Positions 51,440-63,947 of a stretch of 64,000 nucleotides of DNA are shown here, one piece after another. The notes under the pieces are model-generated. The model did no database searches. It saw nothing but the letters and a program-made list of their open reading frames with translations, and was not told where the DNA came from. A program made the position numbers and the translations under genes. Positions within the stretch are counted from its first letter, which is position 1, and each line of letters opens with the position of its first letter. Source of the DNA: Octopus vulgaris (Eukaryota); assembly GCA_951406725.2 (NCBI GenBank), contig OX597828.1, positions 66,402,001 through 66,466,000 of the forward strand, read 5' to 3'.

Positions 51440-54040
51440 TCAGACCATCTCTATGGTCATCTGTATAATGAAAGCAATATGAGATATCAAATTGTTGGAC
51501 AGAATCATAAAAGTTATGGAAAGAATTATAGACCATTTTATTAGGAAAATTAAACTAGATGAGATGTACTTTAGTTTTATGCCAAGGTGAGGTGTTACTG
51601 ATGCCCTCTTGTAAATCAACTGCTAAAAATGAACCATTGAACTTGGCATTTGTTGATCTGGAGAAAGCTTTCACTCACTAACCTGGTAATCCCTGAGAAA
51701 GCTATGGGTAGATGAATAGCTTGTGGTAGCCATAGAAGCTATGTACAGAGGTGCTGTTGATAAGAATCTAGTGTACGAATAAGTGTTCAGTTCTCAGTCT
51801 CCTTTTTATCTTAGTTCTCCAGACCATATCAGAACAATTCAAGACTGGTTGCCTTTGGGAACCACTATATGCTGATGGCCTTGTTCTTAGTGCAGAATCT
51901 ATAGTAGAATTAGAAAAGAATTTCCAGGTGTGGAAGCAAAACCTGGAAGGAAAGCGTTTTTTAAGTAAACTTAGCAAAGACCCAAGTTCTAGTAATCAGG
52001 CAAACTGACAAGTCTCTACTCCTATCAAGAAAATAGCCCTGTTTGAAGTGTAGTAGTAATGTAAGTAGAAATTCCACATGGTGTACTCAATGCAAACTAT
52101 GGCCATATAAGAGGTGTAGTGGAATCATAGAAAGCTTGACTGAGAAAGTAAAATTTCTTTGTGCTTGTGGTAGAAGTGCGGGGGTGGGGCAATAAACACT
52201 AAGAATACACAGGAAATGGATTTTCTTAAATGGTCAGGAGGTCCCCAAGATGTAGTAGATAGCTTTTGTTATTTACGTGCCCTAATTAGCAGTGGAGGGG
52301 AATGTTCTGAAAGTATCATTGCTAAAATAAGAACAGGATGGAGAAAGTTCAAGAGCTGTTACCTCTGTTAGCAACAGTCTCTCTCCCTCTGAGAGAAAGG
52401 AAGATTGTATGATGCTTGTGTATGAACAGCAATGCTACATGGTGGTGAGACATGGGCCTCAATTGCAAATGCAGTTGGTATGTTCTGTTGAATATGTGAC
52501 ATCAGTGGGCATGTACAACAAATACAAATATGTTGAGAGAAATATTGGGCATAAGAGGAATCAGATGTAGTGTACTAGAGAGAAGACTACAATAGTTTTG
52601 TCGTGATGCATATGGATGAAGACAGCTGCTGTCCTCATCCTTATTCAAGTGTTGTTTGCTAAATGTGGATGGAACTTGTAGAAGAGGAAGACCCAAGTAA
52701 ACAGGATGATCTGGTGAAGACTTATATCAAGATGCTGAAGGCGGCGAGCTGGCAGAAACGGTAGCACGCCGGGCGAAATGCGTAGCTGTATTTCGTCTGT
52801 CGTTATGTTCCGAGGTCAACTTTGCCTTTCATCCTTTCGTGGTCGATAAATTAAGTACCAGTTACGCACTGAGGTCGATGTAATTGACTTAATCCCTTTG
52901 TCTGTCCTTGTTTGTCCCCTCTGTGTTTAGCCCCTTGTGCGTAGTAAAAGAAAAAATATATATATATCAAGATGCTGAGTGTCATAAAGATGAAAACAAG
53001 GTCCTAAAAGCATTATATTTATCTCACTGCCCTTGTCCCCACTGTCCCCATCAAACCTTTCCCACCTCTCATCTTCCTTACATCCACCCTTCTAACTTTG
53101 CCACTATTCAGCTGCTATAAGTATTAGAGCAGGACATGCACATATTTCATCCCCCTTTCCTGGGAACCACTTTTGAAATTCATCCCTTCCTGTTTTATTA
53201 TTTACCACTGATCACCCTTTTCTGTTATTCTCATCACTTTGGCATATCTGTTGTCAGTGACCTCCTCCCAAACTTTGTCCCCCACCCCCACCCCACTATA
53301 ATAATTTCTACATACCTATGACACCCATCTTTGTTACTGTGTCTCTCCCAATTGCACATCTACAAATTTTCAGATCTGCCTGCAAGTTTATTATACTGCT
53401 GCTCTCCTTTTTGCACTGCCACTCGTCACCTCCTTCATCCCGATCCACCCTTATTCTTTAATCACCCCAAACCATCCATGTGTGCTATACTGATATATTT
53501 ATCACTGATCACACCCTATCCTTATACTATTCACTTCTTCATACATCACTGACCTCTGTCACTCTCACATTGTGATTAATTTGTGTACCCACCCCTTCCT
53601 AATTCTTTATATTTTCTCTCATACTCACCTTCTTATATCTTGCCAGGATACTTTAATACCTTCTCACCACTCTGTCTTCTTTTCCACCCACTCTTATATA
53701 ACATAGCAATGACCTTCCTCTCTAGCAAGACACCTATGCCTGTTTCTCTATCATACTTTAACTTCTCGACACCTGGCATAAAGCCACCTTCCTTTCTACT
53801 ACAACCCCATTCATATGAGGGTCTTTTCTTTGTTTCGAAAATTACTTGGCAACCTCACAAGTACCAATGGCTTGAAAAAGCCCCTGATACACTGTAAAGC
53901 GGTTGGCATTGAGAATGGCATCCAGTTGTAGAAACTATGCCAAAACAGACATTGGAACTCAATGCAGTCCTGCTCATTGGATCCTGTCAAACTGTCCACT
54001 CCATGCCAGCTTTTAAGATAGATGTTAAATGATATGAAGG
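51440..54040 (+). mobile_element. Older RTE LINE copy (RT with PHD-like insert, long pyrimidine-rich 3' region), interrupted by SINE A at 52739-52955
   Basis: LAFVDLEKAF; PLYADGLVL; PCLKCSSNVSRNSTWCTQCKLW..KRCSG; tail GGCATCCAGTTGTAGAAAC near 53920. Confidence 0.8.
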
Positions 54041-54781
54041 TGATATATAACCATTGTAGAAGACACTTTCTGTATTTTTCTCAACCCAAATTCTCATTTA
54101 CACATCTATATTTGTGCCTTCATTCTAATGTTGCATTACAGCTGTTGACTTCCAATAAATGTATGATAAGTAATTTTACATTTAGAGTTTTGTTAATTAT
54201 TGACAGGATTTTCTTTCCAAAGAAGCACAACCCATAAATAGTTTTGTTACTTTACCTTTCTCTATTCCACAAAACTTATTTTATTTAAGTTTAGATCATG
54301 TTTTTGTGCTCCAGTGACAGCTGCAAATAGTTGTATTTGTATGCTGTAATTAGATAAGTTCTGGTTTTTTATTGCTTTAATTTAAACTGGCACAATTATA
54401 ATGTTACCAACTGTCATGGTAGCACTTTTACAATTTTTGTAGTTTTTAACTTACTCTTTTTTTCAGTAAGTAATTTTGTTCAAGAAATGCTAAAAGTGAA
54501 TAATTGATGATTATAGTCTGTCATGTAGGAAAATTCATAATTTAGAAAATCATTAACTCTAGCCAACTTATTTCAGTTAAAAAATTTTTAAGTAGAAATT
54601 TGAGTTTCATAATTTGTTGGAAAGCTGATAGAAACTGAAGACTAAGAAAGTAACCATACCACATGTTCAAGTTTCTTTTCTCTGATTTGTAGCTTAACCA
54701 TTAATCATTATTTCATATGTTAAAAGCAATTATAATGATAATGTTGATAAGGAGATATTTTCCACATAATAAGGTGTTTAA

Positions 54782-55070
54782 CCTTTTTTGATTTGGTTTG
54801 CAAGATTCTTTATATGAGTTCGTGTGTTGAAGCATATTCTATTGTCTGGGGAGAGTCATTTTCTTTTTGTGCCTTATTATGTAACACACTCACCGGTAAA
54901 ATTTCCACTTTTTTCTTATTTTTATTTTCCTAAAACTATTGAAAAGGTTGCAAGACGCAACGAAAAATTTTAGGAAAATAAAAATAAGAAAAAAGTGGGA
55001 ATTTTACCAGTGAGTGTGTTACATAATAAGGCACAAAAAGAAAATTACTTTCCCCAGACACAATAGAATG
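54782..55070. mobile_element. Family HB fold-back copy
   Basis: Left arm (54782-54935) is the reverse complement of the sequence downstream of the hammerhead motif (54936-54973). Confidence 0.8.
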
Positions 55071-55077
55071 TGTTTAA

Positions 55078-55290
55078 CCCTTTAGTATTTAATGTGGCCA
55101 TATCCACCCAAAATTTCCTACCTGTTCTATGTTCAAACTGGCCAGATCTAGCCTCTCACATCTACCCTACAATGTCATAAAAATAAACACCATCCATCAA
55201 AATCTTGAATCTATAATATAACGCAGGATTAATTCAGCAACGTGAAGAAATAAGCATTATATTTGACAGAATAATCTGAATCCTAAAGGG
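55078..55290. mobile_element. piggyBac-type MITE
   Basis: TTAA|CCCTTTAG ... CTAAAGGG|TTAA. Confidence 0.85.
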
Positions 55291-56355
55291 TTAAAATATA
55301 TATTTTCTTTGTAAACTTTTCTCAAAAGAGTATGTTAATAAAAATCTTTTAACAGGAGTATTGTCAAAAATGTATGAAATTAGTATATAGATTGGTGTTA
55401 GGTTTCACTTCATAAAAGTTTGACTTTTACTCTGCAAACTCAACTTCATCTGCAAAATTGGGGAAAATTTCTAAGTTATATTATTTGCATAGAATTTTTT
55501 TGGAGTGATTTTATGAAAGATCTATGAGTGGCTGTGTGGTAAGTAGCTTGCTTACTAACCACATGGTTCCAGGATCATTCCCACTGCGTGGCACCTTGGG
55601 CAAGTGTCTTCTACTATAGCCTCAGGCCGACCAAAGCCTTGTGAGGTGATTTGGTAGACGGAAACTGAAAGAAGCCCATCGTGTATATGTATATATGTAT
55701 GTGTCTGTCCTCCCAACATTGCTTGACAACCGATGCTGGTGTGCTTACATCCCCCGTAACTTAGCGGTTCGGCAAAAGAGACCGATAGAATAAGTACTAG
55801 GCTTGTAAAGAATAAGTCCTGGGGTCGATTTGCTCGACTAAAGGCGGTGCTCCAGCATGGCCACAGTCAAATGACTGAAGCAAGTAAAGGAGTAAAGTGG
55901 TTTGTGCTTAAACACAAGTCTATAGCTTATAAATGAAAATTCATTTAATTAAACTATACTTTATTGAAATTTTGAGCACTTATTTATGAAACTATATATA
56001 GAAATCTTGATGTTTATTGTTTTATCCTGGATATTAAGAGATGTCAATGTAAAGAGTTTGGATATAAAGAATTGTTTTGTTTTTGAGACTCCATTACGCT
56101 ATCCAGTTAATATCAACAGCTAAATTCTTAGGAATAAAAGTATGGTTGCTATGCTTCTATTCCAAGATGTTTCTTAATTTTTTCCCTAAGTTAAATAGCT
56201 ATTGTGTTTGTTGCTGACATTTTGTACCACAAACAATTAGTTGCTGTGTAGGAGACAGAAACTGATAGATGTGGAAAGTCCAGTGGACATTTAAAGCATT
56301 TTGTATAGTTGCTAAAGTAAAAGCTTTTGTTTTATAGCTTATACTGTTTTAATTA

Positions 56356-56558
56356 CGGAGATGTACTTGCATAGCAAGTGACTTGATCTGAGATTGTGTG
56401 CTGGAACGTAAACAATTGCAGCGTGGAAGGTGTTTATAAGCCATTTAAGAAACACACAAAACCGTTAGATTCACTTCAACATTTAAATTTAATTTGTCAA
56501 AATATTTTCGTCACTTTGAGACCGAGACCTGTTCACTGACAAAGCTTCGTGCTGCATT
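56356..56558 (-). mobile_element. Family HA monomer with 11-bp TSD
   Basis: Flanked by TGTTTTAATTA at 56345-55 and 56559-69. Confidence 0.8.
56493..56543 (-). ncRNA. Putative minimal type-I hammerhead ribozyme, G3-C8 core variant
   Basis: UUUGUCA-GUGAACA-G-GUCUC GGUCUCAAA GUGAC-GAAA-AUAU-UU-UGACAAA. 7-bp stem I, palindromic stem III. Confidence 0.6.
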
Positions 56559-59053
56559 TGTTTTAATTATCCTTTAATTAATCTGTCTTATTTAACATAC
56601 CTTACCAATTCTTCAATTTAAAAAAAGAGGAAAAAAGGGAGTTCCTGAGTGAATGTACCTCAATTGTCTTGGATTCCTTGATTTTTTTTCTAAAAACATA
56701 ACATGTACAATTCTAAATGGTTAATCGATTTCTATTCTTGCCTTTTTGTATTGTATCTTAAATCCCTTTATTGACTTTGCTTTTATTTTTTTCTTTCTTT
56801 CTTTTCTTTTTCCTTGTCTATAGAAATAATTTGTTTCGAAAATATTGATTTCAATGAATGAATGCTCCGATCTTGTTCAAACAGTTTACTGATTAGGAGC
56901 TGTTCTAAACATACACACATTTGCACTTCTTTGTAAATAAGTCCTTTTTAGTCATTTGTGACAGCAATGATATGGATAATTGATGAAAAGGGTTAAAAAA
57001 TATGTTGATTAAAAATGTTGAGAGTTAGCAAGAACAGGGTAGCCAGAGCAGAAAGCGAGGAAAGGAGAATTTTGAGCACAATCATGAGATCATAGTAAAT
57101 TCATCATTGTTTAATGTCTGCTTTCCATGGGTTGGACGTATGACTGAGGGCTGGCGAACCAGATGGCTGCACCAGGCTTCAATCTTGATCTGGCAGAGTT
57201 TCTACAGCTGGATGACCTTCCTAATGCCAACCACTCCGAGAGTGTAGTGGGTGCTTTTACGTGCCACCGGCATGGAGGCCAGATAGCTGCTCTGGCAACG
57301 ATCAGGCTTGGATGGTGCTCTTAATACCCTACTAGCACGGGGCTCAAGTGCCAGTAATGCAACGCTGGTAACGATCACGCTCGAATGGTGTCTTTTATGT
57401 GCCACTGGCATGGAAGCTGGTTAGCCACTCTGTCAATGATCACACTCGTATGGTGCTCTTTGCACCCCGCTAGCACGAACGCCAGTCATTGAATTTGATT
57501 TTGAATTATGAAACAAAATTCTTGACAAGTTGACCTACCATGGAAAAGAGATGATGAAATGATTCATGATGCAAAACATCTTTTCCAAAATCTAGATTAT
57601 TGATCACTATATTTATTCATATTTCTATAATGCATACGCTTCTCTTCTTAAATAGCCATGGCTATTTAAATATCTAAAGGGTTTTTTTTTTTTTTTGGAA
57701 AAAAAGATTAAAGGAATATTTCTGTGGTTTCTTTATTTTATTATGTTTTCTTCTCTTGTTATTAATTGCTTTTAACTTCTTTCAACTTATTTACTAACAT
57801 TTTTTCATCCTCCTCCTTTACCTTTCTAACCTCTCCTACTAACACCATTACCCTGTTGTCTTACTATACTTTTTTATATTTATTTATTTTAACAAAGCCA
57901 CCAGGCATGGCTGTGTGGTAAGAAGCTTGCCTCCCAGCCACATGGTTTCAAGTTCAGTCCCACTGTGTGGCACCTTGGGCAAATGTCTTCTACTTTAGCC
58001 TTGGGCTGACCAAAGCCTTGTGAGTGAATTTGGTATTCGGAAACTGATAGAAGCCCGTTGTATATGTGTGTGTGTGTGTGTGTGTGTGCGCGCGCATGTA
58101 TATAAATATATATACATTGCCAGATCAGACTGGGCCTGGTGCAGCCTCCATGGCTTACCAGACCCCGGTCGAACCGTCCAACCCATGCTAGCATGGAAAG
58201 TGGACGCTAAACGATGATGATATATATATAATCATCATCATCCGTTTTCCATGCTAGCATGGTTGGACGATCCAACCAGGGTCTGGGAAGCCAGGAGGCT
58301 GCACCAGGCTCCAGTCTGATCTGGCAATGTTTCTACGGCTGGATGCCCTTCCTAACACCAACCACTCCGTGAGTGTAGTGGGTGCCTTTTACGTGCCACT
58401 AGCACAGGGGATATATATATATTTATGTGTGTCTTTGTGTCTGTTTTGGTGTCCCCCTCCCTCCCATAACTTAGTGGTTTGGCTAAATAGACCGATAGAG
58501 TAAGTACCAGATTTAAAATATAAGTCCTGGGGCTGATTCATTTGACTAAAATTTTAAGGCAGTGCCCCAGCATGGCCACAGTCTAATGACTGAAAACAAG
58601 TCAAAGATAAAAGTGATATTTTGAAGCGTTACAGTACATATCCTACCTTTGCCTGACTCAACTGGAAAGGTAAACAGATTATCATTGAATAATTAGGATT
58701 GAGAAATAGACCCAAATATAAAAAGTACTTGGTCTTGCAATTTATGTGAGAATCAGTGAACACCTCTGTGGTTGTTTAACCTGCTAGAAATAGTTGTTAA
58801 ATTTCCCTTATTTACCCTACCATCTTCAAAAATAAGAAAAGACATGTTGGTTAATCCGGTTCTGGATATAGAAAATAATGGGGGCATGGCTTGAATGCCT
58901 TTAACCATTTTGTTACTATATTTATTTTGAGATGTTCTGTGTTTCTCTCAATTATTTTAGATATAACAAAGAATTTAGTAAAGTAACTTAGTTATCATTA
59001 AGCTAGTGTTAGGAACATTAATTGTGACTAAAGTTTAGTGGAAGATTTTAATG

Positions 59054-59245
59054 ACTATTGAAAAGGTTGCAAGACGCAACAAAAATTTTAGGAAAATGAA
59101 AATAAGAAATAAGTGGAAATTTTACTGGTGTGTGTGTGTTACATTATAAGGCACAAAAAGAAAATGACTCTCCCCAGACACAGCAGAACATGCTTCAACA
59201 CACGAACTCACATAAAGAATCTTGCAAACCAAATCCAAAAACGAA
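59054..59245 (+). mobile_element. Family HB copy nested in a piggyBac-like MITE (~58905-59320)
   Basis: Same ACTATTGAAAAGG start, with G12 lost by a CpG-type transition. Host has TTAA|CCATTTTGTTAC ... GTAACAAAAGTG|TTAA. Confidence 0.7.
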
Positions 59246-60863
59246 ATTATGAAAACAAGACATTGCTACTACAGAGCCAGAGCTGGTTGGTTTCAGCCGA
59301 GTTTGTAACAAAAGTGTTAATCTTCATTCTGTGCATCAGAGATGTTTTGGTGAACAACTTGCATGTGAACATCAGAACAATTGCTGAATATAGAGTGTAC
59401 TTGTGTTCCCCAATCCCTATGAAAACTCCCTAAGTAGTTTAACTTGAAACACAAACAGTGTTCTAAATTCTCTCTCTCTCTCCCTCTCTGTGCATTTTTA
59501 AATCATATTGAAATACTTAAGCTGTATGAGAAAGAAATCCACTTTTGTGATATATCCTAAAAAACATAGCATTTGTGATATATTGCTAAAATTTTATATG
59601 TGTATGCATACAATCATACGTATGTATATACAGACAGACAGACCAGAATAAAACTGTAGATTCAGTTTCATTAGTATATACTAGTATGCAATGCAGTAAT
59701 TGTTACTAAAATGTTTTCATATCAAAATCGATCAAAAATCAATGGAAATTGTAGTTGGGATACCAGTGCCGGTGGCACATAGAAGAACCATCCGAATGTG
59801 GCCGTTGCCAGCACCGTCTTGACTGGCCTCCGTGCTGGTGGCATGTAAAAAGCACCAACCAATCGTGGCTGTTGCCAGCCTCGCCTGGCACCTGTGCCGG
59901 TGGCACGTAAAAAGCACCCACTACACTCAGAGTGGTTGGCATTAGGAAGGGCATCCAGCTGTAGAAACACTGCCAGATCAGACTGGGCCTGGTGCAGCCT
60001 CCTGGCTTCCCAGACCCCAGTCAAACCATCCAACCCATGCTAGCATGGAAAGCGGACGTTAAATGATGATGATGAATTCCCATATGTTCAATACCAGGTT
60101 GAAAGTTGAAGATACATGGATATACATGGAGTTCTAAACGAAGGCTAACTGTTTGTTATGCTACCTCATTTGATATAGCAATTTTTCAATATATATATGT
60201 GTGTGTGTGTGTGTGTGATGGACTCTCCCATCGAAGACAATGTACGAGCGTTCAACTTTTGCCAAACGACCAGCAAAAATCATTTGTTTATAGTGATCAA
60301 CTGTTTGTGCTGCATATTAGCTCACTCTCTTCATTAAATTTATGTTGTCTGAATAGGTGCACTGTGTATCAGGTGTCAAGTGTCAAAGTGATTGCAGAGC
60401 AATGTGAGGTGAGGTGTTTTGCTCAAGAACACAATGCACCATCCGTTCTAGGAATTGAAATCGCAATCTAGTGATCGTGAATGCAACACCCTTACCACTA
60501 GGCCATGGGCCCTCAAAGCACCATCCATACGTTGCCGATGCCAGTGCCACCCTGACTGGCTTCCGTGTAGGTGGCACATAAAAACCACCAACCGATCATG
60601 GCCGTTGCCAGCCTCCCCTGGCACCTGTACCGGTGGCACGTAAAAGGCACCCACTACTCTCACAGAGTGGTTGGCATAAGGAAGGGCATCCAGCTGTAGA
60701 AACACTGCCAGATCAGACTGGAGCCTGGTGCAGCCTCCTGGCTTCCCAGACCCCAGTCGAACCATCCAAGCCATGCTAGCATGGAAAACAGATATTAAAC
60801 GATGATGATGATGATATATATATATATTATTAAGCAGTATATTGCTGGTTGTGTTGATCAGAA

Positions 60864-60984
60864 TGTTACTGTTGGTTTCACACTGACCATTGCACTTGGT
60901 ATTATTGCTGACTCTTCAGACACCATGTCAGAAGAGTTGTCAGTATTGCCAAGTGCAATAGCCAGCACAAAACCAATAACAGCA
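60864..60984. repeat. Imperfect ~120-nt palindrome
   Basis: TGTTACTGTTGGTTT..ATTGCACTTGG..ACTCTTCAGACA cca TGTCAGAAGAGT..CCAAGTGCAAT..AAACCAATAACAGCA. Confidence 0.8.
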
Positions 60985-63511
60985 TAGATTATTCTATTGA
61001 TTCTATTGCTAAATAATTATAGCTCTTATGTTATTCCTTTATTTATGTGAAACTCCAAACAAAATTTTTTTAAAAACCACTCTTTTTACATAAACTTGAA
61101 TCCCTCTGCAACCAATTGTCCTCTCTTTCTACCCCTTTCAAATTGTGAAACAATTTCTTCTATTCTAGTTTGATAATTTATGGAAAAATAAAATATTTCT
61201 CTGCTATCTTTTTCAGTTTATAAATTTCTTGCTTTATATAAATACTGAGATTGTATAGGATAGCAAATTGATTATTGCTTATTAAAGATATTGATTTGAA
61301 TTTCAGCATTTTAGCCATTAAATTTCCCTTTTAACTATAATCTATAAGAATTATTTCTGCTTCCCAGTATTTATGATGACAGGTCCTAACTACCTGCCTT
61401 TAATGTTTGTTTTAAGTGCTCAGTGTTTGTATAATATAAAGTGCCGGTTTAATGTTCATAGCGTTTTTAGTAATTTGAAAAAAAAAAAGTTCTAACAGAA
61501 GTTCTAAAGGATTTGAAGAATTGATTTTGTAGTTTTTGCTCCACTGATCTCTTTCTGGCTTATTTATTAAAGTAGCTCATACTATTCAGCTTAGACATTT
61601 CGGTAATCGTCCACACATCTCCTATATCGTCAGTTTGTTCATTTATTGTTTTTAATTCTTCAACTGAACTAATTATACATTCTACTCTGCAATTAAAATG
61701 CATTTCTGTTATATCATTTCACCTACCTATCAAAGTAGGCTTGCTCACTCAAGCAGAACCCTTCTTTTCACAAAGATTCTCTTCAGTCAGTTATATATTC
61801 TTTGCATATATTTTATAAATGTTATATATATTTTACATATATTTTATATTCTTTGCCATGTATTTTAGATATATTTTATATTGCCTTTATATATTTGGTC
61901 TCCCATTCCAGTCCCTATCATGTTTGCTTTCCTCAATAGTTATCATTTAATGTATAATCTATATACACTTGGTTACTTATATTATTGAATAGCATTTTCT
62001 GTACTATTTAATATTCTTTTTATTTGTGTATTGAGAAAGGAGATTTTCTTGACCCCTCTCATTGTATATTCTTTTTTTAGTTGTTTCATCTTTATTTTTA
62101 TTTTTTCTAAGTTAGCTTGGCATATAACATTAGATGCAGCATGTCTTTGTTTCCATGGCATTGAACATATGTGAGACACCTCTCTCCTTGTGGATAGAAT
62201 ATAAATCTAATGTATCACCTGCTGCATCAGGTATCATCCAAGCTGAAAGCTCCCTTGCTGTAGGTTTTCATTTTATTCAGAATCTTATTATCAATGTGAT
62301 CTTCTAAGTTGATTATTTTATTGATACTTACACATGGAACTTCATATCATTTCGAGTCATATTTGATACGAAATGAAGTATAATCTTCATATATACCGAT
62401 TCTCATTCACTGCCTTTCTTATTTTTGTTAATAGGAAAAAAAAAAAAAAAGCTTAAATGGAATTTGTCTACCAGAAATTAAAGTGTTAAAACGGCAACAA
62501 TTTTATCACTTTGCAGAAAGAATATGGTTTTTCTTTAAAAGAAAAATAAAGACATTTACAAAAGCTTCCTTTTAGGAAGTCTTATCTTCAAACATTCTCT
62601 TACATCAACTAACATCTGGGATTTATTCTCTTACCTTTTTATCTGTTTTCAAATTGAATGAAAAGCACTTAATTTTCCCCCAAATACTGTTCTATATTAC
62701 TAGTATTTTTTCTTTCTGTTAGCATCTTAACTATTTCTCTCGGGTTGTAGTTAGTATGATCTAATTGAATGATGAATGGTTTCTGCTAATGTATATAGTA
62801 GTAGCATAACAATAAAATATCAGAGTAACTTAATGTAAGTGACATTGTGTTAAGTAAATTTTAGGTTGTCTTGGATTGTCGGTGCAAAACTATTTATTAC
62901 TCTTTGCAATTTATATTTACTGATAGAACCTTTTAAAATTTTGGGTTTTCTGTCTTCATTGATTCTGAGTATGGAATATGGAAAATGATTTTAACAAGGC
63001 TGTGAGAAGCAAGAAAATTTAACATTTTAGGCATGTTACATTTTCTTTGATTACAAACTTTCTGTACACATCATAGAGGACTCTACGATTTTGTTAGCAT
63101 ATCGTAAAACACTTGAAATTCTTTGCCAAAATAAATACAACAAAAGAATATTCAACTTATGCTGAGAATAATATAAATTTGTAATCTTCACTGGCCATTG
63201 TTTCTTTGTGGCGTTGAGGATATTAAAATAGTCATGACATTTTAAAAGTTGTCTATATTTTTTGTTTCTATTATTATGAAAAAAGGCCTTAATATTTCTG
63301 TCATATTTGTTTTAACCCATTCATCATCTTAGAGTTTTTGGTTTTTTTTTTTTGTTGGGTCTTTTTAATTAGTGAGAACTGCTTATATATCTTAATATCA
63401 AAGCTTTTACTTTTATATACTTTATAAGATAATGTTTCATAGAACAAAGCAATTGTTTTTATTTATTGCATTCATAATTGAAATTTGCCATACATAAAAA
63501 TTAAAAATAAC

Positions 63512-63947
63512 GGATCTTTTCGATTTGAACAGCAGTTTTTTTCTAGCGGTGTCATATGAAATTGTCACTCATAATTATGACCCTAGTATCGATCTGTTGC
63601 ATTTCAATCTGTTTTAAGGTTAGGGGTGGAGGAAGGGTATCATTTTTTTCTTCAGAAATGTATCATTTTTTTCTTCAGAAATGTAAATAAACCCAATCTG
63701 TTTCTTAAACGAGGGACATATTCATACAGCACAGAATGTTTTTTTAACTCAATAGACGTCATTGATTGGTTGAAATTGCTGAAATTGAAGAAAAAAAACA
63801 ACAAATATCTTACAAACTATAGAATTTTCTCAATAAAGTCAAGAGAAAAATATGTTTTATAAACACATTCTACCAGTATACGAAGTTTAACATTTTTTAG
63901 TTACCTAGAAATTATTTTAAAAACTGCCGTTCAAACCAAAAAGATCC
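63512..63947. mobile_element. Merlin-type MITE
   Basis: TIR GGATCTTTTCGATTTGAACAGCAGTTTTT / AAAAACTGCCGTTCAAACCAAAAAGATCC. Perfect 8-bp TSD AAAATAAC. GG..CC ends. Confidence 0.85.

Noticed and set aside
56824-56935. Strong acceptor as exon 2, or a box C/D snoRNA
   Set aside because: Joining to the 40842 exon stops after 13 codons and no good donor follows. Box C is non-consensus and there is no terminal stem.
59860-59975. HDV-like or twister ribozyme in the RTE 3' UTR
   Set aside because: Superficial similarity only. I could not build the required P1/P2 or T1/T2 pairings.
60802-60987. 61-aa protein-like ORF
   Set aside because: Starts in a (GAT)n tail and is explained by the palindrome.
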